Shown: in pieces, positions 1 to 11,800 of the stretch | How the letters are laid out: every line of letters begins with the position of its first letter | How positions within the stretch are numbered: position 1 is the stretch's first letter | NCBI GenBank assembly: GCA_965285935.1 | Contig: OZ260662.1 | Span: 87,296,001-87,360,000 of the forward strand | Reading direction: 5' to 3' | DNA: 64,000 nt | Origin: Ophelia neglecta | Lineage: Eukaryota | Program-made: the position numbers and the translations under genes | The notes under the pieces: generated by a model | The model's database searches: none | Told to the model about the DNA's origin: nothing | Seen by the model: only the letters and a program-made list of their open reading frames with translations

Positions 1-40
1 CACGACAGTTTTTTTTTTTTTTTTTTACAATTATTTTTAT

Positions 41-76
41 AGCGCTCTATCTATGTAAAACATACCCTAGAGCGCT
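41..76 (-). other. LINE 3'-terminal RNA stem-loop (putative RT recognition element)
   Basis: AGCGCTCTA (41-49) pairs with TAGAGCGCT (68-76), with an inner stem TATGT (52-56)/ACATA (60-64). It lies just before the poly(A) tail, in the GTAAAGCGCT...AGCGCTATA context typical of L2-group 3' ends. Confidence 0.7.
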
Positions 77-169
77 TTACAATAGGATGCTATTTTTTCT
101 AAAATTTTATTAATATACTAGTCCAGGCTAAACACAAATAACTGTCATAAAATTTTAAATGTGTAAAAT

Positions 170-1701
170 CTAACCATACGAGAGAATAAAAAGATGAGTT
201 TTGAGCCCTCGTTTAAAAGAACACAGGGATTTGGCACATTTAACATTATCAGGCAATTCATTCCAGAGCAAAGCTGCTCGTCTCCTAAAATTTCTATCAC
301 CATATGTCACAGTTTTAGCACCAGGCACATTTAGCAATAACCTGCTTTCAGATCTCAAAGACCTGGCTGGTCTATATACACTAAACAGCTCTGAGAGGTA
401 ACGAGGAGCCAGTCCATTCAGTGCCTTAAATACATACATAATCACTTTATAGTCAATTCTTCTAGAAACTGGCAACCAGTGGAGCTGTTTCAACACAGGT
501 GTCATGTGAGTTCTTTTTGGTACCCGAGTAACCAGTCGCGCGGCAGCATGTTGTAGCCTCTGCAGGCGCGCAAGCTGCTTAGCAGGCAGACCAATGAGTA
601 GGGCATTCCCGTAGTCCAAGCGTGAAACCACAAGTGCTTGGACCAACGTTTTGCAGGTATCCTCAGAGAGAATACGACGAATGCGGCCAATGTTCCGCAA
701 CTGAAAATAGCAGGATTTAATTATGTAGTTGACCTGCGTATCCATTCTAATATGAGAGTCAAAATAACATCCAAGGTTTTTCACACAGTTTTGGAGATGG
801 ATGATGCTTCCACCAATGTTCAGAAAAACGTTGTCCCAGTTATCTTTTGTCCACTGAGGTGTGAACACAATTACCACAGTCTTGCTTTCATTTAGCTTTA
901 ACATATTTTGTCTCATCCATTTCAATATGTCTGAGATACATAGTTCGATTTTGGCTGACTGTTCATTCCACTCATCCCGCGACCTAATGACAACAAAGAG
1001 CTGTGTATCGTCAGCGTAGCAGTGGTAGCTTAAACCATGCTGAGACACTATGAGACCAACAGGTCGGCAGTAAATACTGTAACCCTTGGGACCAATGACA
1101 GAGCCTTGCGGTAAAGCAAAGTTGAATTTCTGACTAGAAGACACAGATCCATTAACAGTCACCTGTTGCGATCTGTCCGCCAGATATGACTGCATCCACC
1201 TCAATGCATCAGATTTTATCCCATACATGTGGTCCAGTCTTTTCAAGAAAAATAGCATGATCAATCGTATCAAACGCCGCAGAGTCTAACATTAACCAGG
1301 GCAACTGCCGAGCCTCCATCCAGAGCATGGGTAATGTCAGATTGTACTCTAATCAGAGCAGTTTCCGTCGAGTGTTGTTGACAGTAGGCAGACTGGAACA
1401 AGTCTTGGAGACAGTTTTCCCTGATGTGATCATCTATTCTTTTCACAACAACCTTTTCCAATACCTTAGACACAAACGGCAAATTTGAAACGGGGCGATA
1501 GTTACTCAGAACTTCCTTGTTTAGTCCAGCCTTCTTCAACAAAGGTCGCACCAGAGCACATTTGAACACCACTGGAACACAACAGGAACTAAGTGAGAAG
1601 TTAACGATCCGTGTAATAGCTGGTATCATCTCAGCATCACATTGTTTCAGAAGCCACGTGGGAATTGGGTCTAGTTCGCATGATTTGCTCGGCGAATCCA
1701 T
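170..1701 (-). pseudogene. Frameshifted ORF2 reverse transcriptase of the L2-group LINE (no endonuclease domain)
   Basis: ORFs 1270-1701 and 170-1273 are consecutive parts of one RT. The conserved [11 protein letters not shown] segment lies in a third frame between them, so there are at least two frameshifts (about 1293 and 1250). Catalytic YADD is intact. Confidence 0.88.
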
Positions 1702-1781
1702 GACTAGTTTCTTTATTTCACAACAAGTAGCAGGCTTAAGACAGTTACCAGATGGTGTTCATCCGTATAGGAACTGTCTCA

Positions 1782-2183
1782 GTGTACTCACGTGTACTCA
1801 CGTGTGCAAGACGGACTACCTATTTTTTGATCCGCGACATTACCCAAGAGCCTCTAGGCCAAATACGAGCGGTGGGTTTCCTCCGGAAACCTCCGACGGC
1901 CGAGCCCGATATGCCACTGGAGAGTCTCTGTTGGTTTAAGCTCTCTTATACCAGCGGCATAAAGTCTGGAGACTATAGTTGTGCGAAAAAAAAAACTACT
2001 CGAAGCATCAATTATGTAATCTATGCATGTGTGACGCGCACACATGGTGAACGATGATTGGTCCAGAAAGCAAATGACGCTTGGCCTGCTCTCGGCGATG
2101 ACGTCACCACCAGAAGGCAGCGGTACCCAGAGACACAGTGCTCTGGCAAAACGCGTCACTTGCCTTCGGCTTTAAATAGGTCA
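1782..2183 (-). promoter_or_regulatory. Putative Pol II promoter and non-coding first exon of a gene running off the left edge
   Basis: On the minus strand: RORE (2173-2183), CRE TGACGTCA (2099-2106) plus three TGACG half-sites, GACCAATCA (CCAAT at 2057-2061), D-box ATTATGTAAT (2011-2020), TATAAG (1950-1945), Inr-like CCAGT with A at 1918 (32 nt after TATA), and GTGAGT donors at 1801-1796 and 1791-1786. The region is locally CpG-rich. Confidence 0.5.
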
Positions 2184-2654
2184 AACTTCATGACTCTCCT
2201 GGAGTCTCACACCTACCCGTCAGCTTAGGAACGCTTTCATATCTGTAAATGTTGCATGTTGGGGGTGAAAGTGCATGGCGTTTGGTATCCATTCGTCTAA
2301 TTTTATTCTCTTTCCGACGAAACCATGATACGCGAGGTCCTTTTGCATTTATACAGCTAGAGATTTTCGACCCCACAATTCCTACCTTAACAGACATCAA
2401 ATAGGGCTGATACTAGATCTAGAACTAAATATCAGTGTCCCAATCTGAAAAACGGTGCAATAAACATCATAAGGAAGGAATGGGGTAAATTGATTCAACT
2501 GCCGGAAAATATTCCATCCGCGTGGTCTCTCACAGAGGAGCCTAGATGACATATAAACCTTACCGGTACCCCTCCCTCCCATAATTATAGACATTCTCTT
2601 GATTATCAATGTACTAAGTTAGTATACATGTATATTCATTGTATATTGATGTCA

Positions 2655-2987
2655 ACTCCCCTCCTCTCCCTCCTAGTCCTGCTCCCCGGCCGCCACTCCC
2701 ACTCCCACACTTCATCCCACTCATATCCCTATCCCTCTCACCCCCGCCCCCCTTTCCCACTTCTACCCCTCCCTGTCACTCCTGCTCCCCCTCCCCTCCC
2801 CTCGGGCCCTCGCCCCGCTACTGTTCTCATTCCTCCCAGTCCTGCCCCCACCCATCCTCCCACTCCTTCTCCCCTCCGTCTTACACCAGCCCCCCCCCCC
2901 CCCCCCACTCCAACCCCATCCCCATCCAATTCCTGCTTCTACCCTCCTCCAGTCCCCTTCCATCCACTACTGCCCCCCCCCCCCCCC
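2655..2987. repeat. C-rich low-complexity tract (G-rich on the minus strand)
   Basis: About 330 bp of C-runs with recurring CCTGC(T/C)CCC, CCACTCC and CATCCC units. It generates the spurious Pro-rich and Gly-rich ORFs in the track. Confidence 0.85.
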
Positions 2988-5163
2988 TCATGCTCACTTA
3001 CTTTGACACTACACATATATATTGACTCTGCCCCTGACAATACGTGACCACTTGCATGTACAGCGACCTTTGATCTTCATGGCTGGGTATGCATTTGTTG
3101 TAAACAGCATTATCACAGAGTGAAAAATGTGGTGACGGCAACGGATCCAATTACTTGGTCCCTCTAAAAATGCATAGTACTAGTATTTTTTATATAGATC
3201 TATGAATGTTTGAGATACAAGTGCCTTAGGTGAGCGAAGCTATAATTAAGCAGGGAAGGAGGAGTTCGCATTAGTTCGAGACGCCTCCAGTATAATATAG
3301 GGGATCCCCCTCCCCCCCCCCAACCCCCCAATGACACTAGTCATATATTGTGGTTGGGATAGATTGCAATTGGTGGAGTCTCAATTTCAATCAAAAGAGA
3401 TAAATAAACAACCCAAGATTGTCTTTAATTACTTAGCAATACACATCCTTGTTTTCTTCATCCCTGTCTGAATTGGCGCTATCAAGAAGTCACAACCTAT
3501 GTTTGGTCCGGTGATTGCGATCAGACAGTAAACAAGACAGCCGGCTTATAACCGACTTATCATGATTGTGTTATATAACATTGCTTGCAGGGCAGACATC
3601 TCCGTATTCATACTTATAATTGGTATTAGTCCCTCGAGATCAGGCTTACTGTAAGAAGTTGTTACAAGATTTTATTTATGCTTATGCTTTGACTCTCGCT
3701 TCTGGTAGGGCCTGTGGTCACAAATATAACAATGGGAGTTTATTTTGCCCACAAATAAAGTAAAAAAAATATTGAAATAATTATAAGAAATCGTCTGCAT
3801 TGTTGTTGGTTTTATTAAAGATTCCCAGACCGTTGAAGAAATGTTTATGTTAGCTTGTTGAATTCCAAGCTTTTGAGAAAACATTCGTATAAGCTTTTGT
3901 TTTTGATGAACATTTACAAAGAAGAAGATTTTGATTTGTTTTATACTTTGATGGAGTTGGCCGGGCACTGATAGCAGAGTACGTGTAGTTATCTATATCG
4001 CTAGACCACTAAAAACTTAATACGTTAAATGTGATGAAGGATTAAGGAAGTGGTTGAAAATTATCTCCTTGATGAGGAGGTAGGGCCCTAATATCAGCAC
4101 TGTGTTGTTGTACCTGGAACCACTAAACTAGGTTTGGTTGTTCCAGGTTGTACGATAATCTAAGTGACCAGGGGGGTCGATTATATTTGTGCCGGTCACG
4201 GAATCGTGCAGAAGAGGCTAACCCAGAAATACAACATTATATGAAGAAGAATCATATCTTTTAACCAGTCACAAAAATATTCTACCCTGATTAGACATTG
4301 TTTATTTGCTTCACTGTTTAAAGTTGCACAAAAGTATTGTCCACCCAAAGACAGCTCTTATACGAGGATTCCCATAGAAATACAAAGCATTTTCTTTCTT
4401 CATTCATTAAGGGTCAACAGGAAGTAGAGTTGAAGCACTATTTACGCGCACACCGTATGCCCTTTACCCACTTTATTCATTAAATTCAAAATGTATTTAG
4501 ACTTTAATGTACGAACGTCATTTTAAGGGGAATAAGTTCCTGTTTTCATAGGGGTCCAGTTTATACTTACAACTGTTACAATACAACTTAACAGAAAAGG
4601 AAAAAGGTAAAAAATAGATATATTAAAACACTGGTCTTTTTGAAAACTAGGCTACTAACGGGGGCTAAAGCTATGAGTAAGATCAGGGGAGAGGTTCAAT
4701 ATAAATAAATTTAAGCACTTGTCAGGTTTGTGCTATTGATACACAGCTAAATACATATTTATTTCACAAGAAAATGCTTCGATCATCACATTGGTGCATA
4801 TCCAAACAATTAACTGAATACATTCAATGAATCTAAAAAAAGGGAAGTAAAAGCATGCATATCTCCAAGAACAAGTGCAAATGCTTTATCAGTCACAGGA
4901 CACAGACACCAGTCCAAGTACCCTTAGACATGTGTATTGTCGTCTCTTATGTTTCCAGTTAATTGGTTCTATAAATTTTGTCTTTGGTATAAAATGATTG
5001 TAATCCTATATAGTAATTATTCTTTATAATTATAGCAATAGGTTTATCACTACGGCTTCAACGTAGTGCCAGTAATTTACCTATTTACTGTGTATAGAGG
5101 CAGTGATTGATATTACATGTACCTGTAAACCCTAGCTGTGGTAAACATGTGGATAACAAGTTG

Positions 5164-5195
5164 CCCCCCCCCCCCACACACACACACACACACAC
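5164..5195. repeat. Poly(C)-(CA)n microsatellite
   Basis: C12 followed by about 10 CA units, read directly. Confidence 0.9.
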
Positions 5196-8100
5196 CAAAC
5201 AGCTAATGTAGAGCGTTTTTGAGATTTTGTATTAAAATTAAAGAAAAATATAGGTAATAAGTACTTGTCGTCTCTTACTTAAATTTAACATGCACACAAA
5301 CTAATGTATTTGATTTATTTCGCATATGGTCGCGCTGGAAAAAAGACAAACATCGTGCGCGAATAAAGAAGAGGAGACAGGCAGGAGCGTAGCTGACTAA
5401 ATATCACCTGGTGTTAGTTGTGAATTACCTAGTCGATATTTCTTGTGGTTTTCCTGTATCTGCCAAAAGGCATTATTTTCACTGTCGGTGTTGTTATATA
5501 ATTCTTTGAAACCCCCCATGGAAACAAGAAGTTGAACAATTAATATCTTATTTTTACCCAACGACTTCAAGAGATTTGGCCTTCGTGTGCTCAGAACGCG
5601 AAGTTTTTAGTTAAGCGTGTCTGGCATTAAAACCTCCTCTCTTTCGGAAAACAGGCTGCAGTGTGTCACACAATTTGTCAAATGTCTGTTAGCGAAAAAC
5701 GATTTGGAGTTTTCTTCGCACAATAGATATAGCTTCAGATTTTTCCGTTAGTTGAAGAAAATGGGACGGTCTGTTGTATAATATAAGCTTTACTTTCCCT
5801 TCCAGTTTTTTCCATTCTAAACCATTTGATTTGAGGTAAGCGGTTTCTTTTAAGGATTTACTTCTGTTGTGTTTAGTTTTGCCACCTGACCTCGTTGTTG
5901 AGTGGTTCAGAACTTCTGTTCAGAGGTTCCATGTCTTTGTAGTTAGAGGACAATCCAAGAAAAGAATATTACTAGTACAGAAGGTATGCATATCTAATAA
6001 ATTGTTTATATGACATTTTCATACTGTCGTGAGTAGTAATTAGTGCATGCATCCAGGGTGAGGATTAGCACCTCTATTTCCGCAGTGTAATTCGTGTTCA
6101 TTTCTCGTCAAGTACTCAATGAACAGTAACTTAATCTAGATAGCGCCTGAGACATTGACCAAAGCGACCATGTAGTATAGGCCTACTTATCGATTGTAAA
6201 ACTATTCTTTAAGCTATTTAGACAAATAGGGTTTTCAATAATCGGTTTGGATGATTATCCATCGGGTTATATTTATCGACTTAGACATATCTAAAGAGGA
6301 ATGGACATTTATTTTCAGTCTCTCCATAGCAAGAGGGCACAGCCTCTGTTGCCGAGGTTTTATTTTCAAATCTACCAGAATTCATTTCCATATCTTCCAT
6401 GTAATATCTGCCCTGGGGCATAAATTCATGTTTGGCTAAAATATATAACGTTAAATCTGTATATGGCCATATCTGCCGATGGGCAGAAGTGATGTGCCCT
6501 TGACGTCACGCGCATTGTTGGCCAGATACGCAGTATATTCCACAAATAATATACTTTCAAAAGTGCATATATCTGCTCTCAAATCACCGATTGATGTCTT
6601 CACGGGGGTGTGATACTGGTCTTAACATCCTTCAATATAAGTCTTAGTGACGTCTTTAATGTCATAGCAACCAGACACCCTTAAATTGAAAAACATAATA
6701 TGTGCAGGATGCCCTTCACATAACACTGCCATATGAACTGATGTTTTGTTTGTTTGAATTTTTATTGAAGTATAATAAAACTAGAACGTACTATAACTAC
6801 TAAGCCTACACGACTTGTACTTAGTGTTACGGAGTCACCCAGATTTGATATATATAAAGTGTTTCTGAAGGTTGCACGGCAAAAAAAAAAAAAGAATCAC
6901 GAGAGTTTACCTTGTCCTCATTTGCATTGAGACTACTGAATTCAGGACTGAGTGCGTGCCCGTTAACTTAAACTTTCTACAATAATTAGCCGCTCCTGAT
7001 TACATACAAATAATGTAAAGGTAGATCAAGCCGTTGTTCGACATATTTAACGACCCCTCTTTAAATACTAGATAAAGTTAAGCTCAAATAAGCGCGTGAA
7101 TGACTATATTTTGGTGTTGGTCATATTTGGAAACGTTGATTTTTTTTAAAATATGACCTATGTTTGATGACGCACATTTACAATGCTACTGGAACCCAGT
7201 TTTCGTTTACTTTTATTAAAATATGTACAGTCACGGGCATATAAAAACTACCTGTACACAAATAGTTGTTGGTTAGTATAGCTACGTATTTGATCTGGTA
7301 TACTACTCCAGTCTAATACAAATGTACACTATATCCGTGGCAGAGAATTCATGAAAATATCAATCATAAATAGGAGACAGATAGTGTGGACTATGTCAAC
7401 TACGGTTTTATGTCATAATAAATGTATAATAAAGTTTTTAACACGGGAAGGGGGTGTCAATAAAAGGTTACTTAAAATAGTGAAGAAAATTATGAGACAG
7501 TTTTGGCAATATAAAACATTCTGAGTGGAGTAAAAATTGAATCCTTCATTTGGGTGAAGCGATCAAGAGGAGAGGCCCACGAGGGCAAGAATTAAAACAG
7601 AAAACACACAGGAATACTTTACAAATGCATGCGTTAAACTCTTATATTTGATACAACAAAACGAATGAAATGCCCTCGATTTGTAAAAGTATACATACGC
7701 GTGACGCCCAAATGGTCTGCATTAACAAGAAGAGTCAACAAATAGAATTATGGTGCTACATGCATAACACGACATGAAGCAGAGCTTACGTTTCTGTAAA
7801 AATGTTCCGGAACAATAACAGCCCCCATTCGAAATACATTTTCTGGTCACAATCAACAACAAATATCAGAAAAACTATTATAATTTTACTATACAATAAA
7901 CAAAAATCTGTCTGACGTACTGTCCTGGTTATACGCGATCAAGTGAGAGAGTTTGAAAATAACATAATTTCTATCATAATTTACGCACCACAGGAGGGGG
8001 TTTATAAATGAGCCCCTTTACTACTTTTAAATAGTTGTTCTAAAGTTCAAATTCTACATCACCAACTAATTGAAAAGCTAGTAGTACTAGATCTACGTGT

Positions 8101-8403
8101 TATGGCATGTCCACATTTGTACATCTATGAGTTATGCTTAGGCCACATTTGGCAAGTGTTTTTTTCCAGCAGAAATACCACACTGAAAATGTTCAGCTTT
8201 CTCACAGTAATGGTGTTCCTTCATCAGCACGAAAGTATTTGAATCGTAATATACATGTCGACTTGCAGTTCCTATAGTGAATAATGTTTTATTCCACTCA
8301 AGGAGCTTATGCTGCTTTCTCAAACGTTTAATGCCACTGGTGCCCCGGGACAAGGTTAGGGTGTCGACAAAGGTTAGGGTAACAACCTTAGTCCGTAGAA
8401 CCC

Positions 8404-8409
8404 TTTATT
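8404..8409 (-). promoter_or_regulatory. Candidate proximal polyadenylation signal of Wnt11
   Basis: First AATAAA noticed on the minus strand, about 220 nt past the stop, preceded by a U-run. More distal AATAAA hexamers at 7212-7217 and 6761-6766 are alternatives. Confidence 0.3.
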
Positions 8410-8628
8410 AAAAAAAAAAGTAATAAAAAAGAACACATAGTCTTCATGTTAATCAATAACATTAAAAGTCAGTTTAGAATATAAATGCGATTCATATTCC
8501 TCACGAGTCCTGCCACACTGCTCAATGCGCTTGAACAAGTGAACCGGATCGCGCACGCTCCATTCCAGTGCACGGAAAGAAGTGCCATGGCTGCAAGAGT
8601 GTACATAGTCCACGGTTTGAGAACGCTT

Positions 8629-8803
8629 TTACCGACACCTGTTGATCTCTACTTTCTTTGTGCAAGTCTTACACTTGACATAGCAGCACCAGTAATATTT
8701 ACAGTCACAACGATGCCGCACTTCCACCACCTCACTCGTGTACCCTCGACCGCAGCACATTGACTGGCAACCTCCCGAGCCTTGCGAATTCTTGTCACAC
8801 TCA
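8629..8803 (-). CDS. Wnt11: Wnt11 coding exon 5 (last)
   Basis: Acceptor ttttcag at 8804-8805. Encodes (R)ECDKNSQGSGGCQSMCCGRGYTSEVVEVRHRCDCKYYWCCYVKCKTCTKKVEINRCR, stop TAA at 8629-8631. Confidence 0.95.
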
Positions 8804-11800
8804 CTGAAAACATATACGATTTAATATTAAATAAAGCCCGAATGACATATCTAAATTTGTGAACCATTATCAGCCATTAAATGACGCTACATTAGATAAA
8901 TTGGAGGGGGGGGGGGATCATAAACCGGATACAATCTGTGTGTTAATTAGCACCAACTCATAACCAATATTGACAATACAAACCGCTCGTGTTTTGTTTT
9001 CGTATAATCATCCGATAAAGTTGTACGAAAGATCAAGACAGATCTGGACGCTGAACATTTGAAAATAATGCGTCTAAGATTCTTACCGCCCTCGCGTCCC
9101 GAGCGCCCCTAGCGACTGGTCAGGGAGGCAGTAGTCAGGTGATTTAGTGTAGTAGATCAGCTCGTCGTCATCAAAAGTTTTCCTTTTGGAGTTGACTGGG
9201 ACAAGTTCCCGCCTTTTTTCTCTTTTAATTCGTTTGTTGACCACCTCGACTGCCACTGCGTAGCGCTTCTGAATGATGGTACCGACGGTTCTGAGGTCGG
9301 GCAGCCCTTTCCAGCAGGTCTTAATAGAGCAGGATCCCGACACCCCATGGCACTTGCACGCCGTCTGGAGGCTCTCAGCGGCAATCTGATGGATGAAAAC
9401 GTCATAGTCAGATTATGTTCATTACACCAATTTATATGTTAAGACCAATGTTTAAATTAAATTCCTGTGCATGCTTATGGCATGTTTTATTTTTTGTTTT
9501 TCATTATTATTGAGGTTTATTTCTTTATATTAATTCAAGGTGACATGCATAGAGAGGGGTGTCCTATTCGTGATTTCGTTATTAAAGCTCTATTTTAATC
9601 TTATCACATCCTGCTTATAGTATGTAGTTACGTCAACATCCGCCTTAAAGGAAAAGTGCTACTAAAACATTAACTAAGTCTGAAATCTCGTTTTCCCTCG
9701 CCTAAATTACATAGCCTAACAATATAAACACGATGGAAATATCTGCACCCCACAAAGTTTCAAGTTGACCCATCCCCCTGACGCTATAGAAACTAAGAAG
9801 TAACTAACTGTAATAATATGAATACCAAATCCACGATACGAACTGCTATTGTGAGCATAATTCTGGGACCCAGAGATAATGTGAATACTATTATATAATA
9901 TATTATACAAATGGATGAGTAACGTTACTTTTTTTAATCGTTTATAATCAGAGAGATTGCAACGATAATGTTGTGAAGGAAAGAATTCCTATATCATTTC
10001 GGGGCATGTATATCTATTAACCAATAAAAAAGCGAAACTATGTCACGTCTGTACATGGTCGCTTTTATTTTATGTAAATATATATATTCTTTATGACTAT
10101 TTCTTGAATTAAGGCATCGTGCGAGCCGGCGAGTTGCTGCTGTACTTGTTTATCTGTTTAAACTCAACATGTAGCAATTTTATACAACTTTGCCAGCAAT
10201 ATAATGTGAAATAAAACCTGTAGAATTCTCGATTAGCATTTCATACATCTCACATTCTTATTTTGCGCAGTGTGATATCATACAGAGAGTGCTGAATAGC
10301 AATTACCTATGGAATAGCAATAAACTATAGCCGTACGGGCATGTTCATAAATTAAAAAGGACCGAGTTATGACCCACATTCCACCTCGAAACAGATTCCG
10401 GCAGCTAAGTATGCGCCATTCACACGCAGGAAAACATTGAGAACAAAGCCGGGCCAATGTCAAAATGAGTAAGCAAAGTTTTATAATTCATGTGGCCTTT
10501 TAACTAAAATTGTTACTGTATTAACCTTATAACTTTTTTTTATTCTCTCATTGCAGATAACTATTTTCAGAGAAACGATGATTTTAGCTTATTACTATCA
10601 AATGATCAGATACTGAGTTGTGTTTAGTAACTTAAGAATAACTTCCTTGGCGCGCCATGGGCGTTTGCAAAAAGTTACTATAGGTCATGTAGATCTGAGT
10701 GGATCTTTCTTTTTTTACTGTCGAAGGTATGTTTTATTGCTAAAAGTGAGGTATTAGCATTTAGCAAATATATAATTAGATTATTTTAGTCGGTTTAATA
10801 ATACTTCATGGTTGCGAGCTTTCGTCCAGGCAGGAAAAGCAAAGCACAGTTTTTCTCTCGATGCGACACATTGTTTTTTTCCTTATCTTTAAAAAATTAA
10901 AAATACAACATCGGACAGTTTTTGTTTGCTTTCTCTGTAAGAATTTGAAAACTTTCATGCCTGGTATTAGTTTTTTTTACGCTTTACACGATGAAATAGG
11001 GGAGCATCAGACTGTCGCGCGGCATGTTAAAATATTTTGAGAGAATTTTTAATGATAAACTGCGCAATTCATGAAACGTATTATTAAAAAAAGAGATGTG
11101 TGCGTTTTTGGACCCACTTATCTTTACAATACTGTCTTTATCGGTACGTTCATAAATGATTCTCATAAGAAAAAAACAAAACTCAATTATCAGTAGAGAA
11201 AAATATATAAAACGATGCAAATGAAAGACTCATTATCATGCTTTCTAATGGTATGCACAAATTGTGCACAATGTTGCTTGATTGTGGCCACCAGTGCACA
11301 TTAAACATGTGGGGTCTATCAAATGCGTATACTTTAATTCAACAGTGTCAACAATGTATGGGCCGGTATTATTGAGCTGGTAAGAACGAACGATTGTGTA
11401 AAACTGAGGCCGAAATAGCATGTATTAGATACGCCCTCGTTTAACGGGGATGAGTAGAAGTCGTCTTCTTATTTTGCACGGATATGAATCCCCTTTTCCC
11501 ACCCGTCCTCCTGGCCTCAGCAAAAAAAAAAGGTGAAGATAAAAACTCCGAACAGTCGAATAAGAAACATTTTAACGCTATTATAAAAACAAAAGTAAGT
11601 TAGTCCATACTGTTACAGATACAGTTCCATCATTTCAGGCGAAATAATCCTTAATGCGCTAACGTACATATATAATAATTATCAATGAATAATATCAGAG
11701 AACAACAACTGAACAATTTGTTACTCTCTTGAATAATTCGTACGGGACCGCCGGTACTTAATGACGTAAATGTGAACAGAGAGCTCTGGAATAAAAGCCA

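Larger units (their letters stand above)
9..1739 (-). mobile_element. 5'-truncated non-LTR retrotransposon (LINE), L2/CR1 group, with poly(A) tail
   Basis: Minus-strand translation gives typical L2-group ORF2 motifs: [44 protein letters not shown], (L)[44 protein letters not shown] short 3'UTR with a stem-loop follows, then A18 (T-run at 9-26). GACAGTT flanks both ends (4-10 and 1740-1746), a possible target-site duplication. Confidence 0.92.

Noticed and set aside
2628-3047. Pro-rich and Gly-rich ORFs (extensin/formin-like) in four frames
   Set aside because: They arise from a C-rich low-complexity tract that lacks stop codons by composition; no splice or domain support.
8180-8235. Minus-strand CTGATGA...GAAA followed by a small hairpin (hammerhead-like)
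   Set aside because: Stem II is poorly formed, there is no correctly placed NUH cleavage triplet, and stem I cannot pair.
8352-8380. Two AAGGTTAGGGT units resembling telomeric TTAGGG
   Set aside because: Only two non-adjacent units; too short to call an interstitial telomere.
8649-9405. Minus-strand ORFs 8649-8867 and 9157-9405
   Set aside because: Wrong frames overlapping Wnt11 exons 5 and 4.
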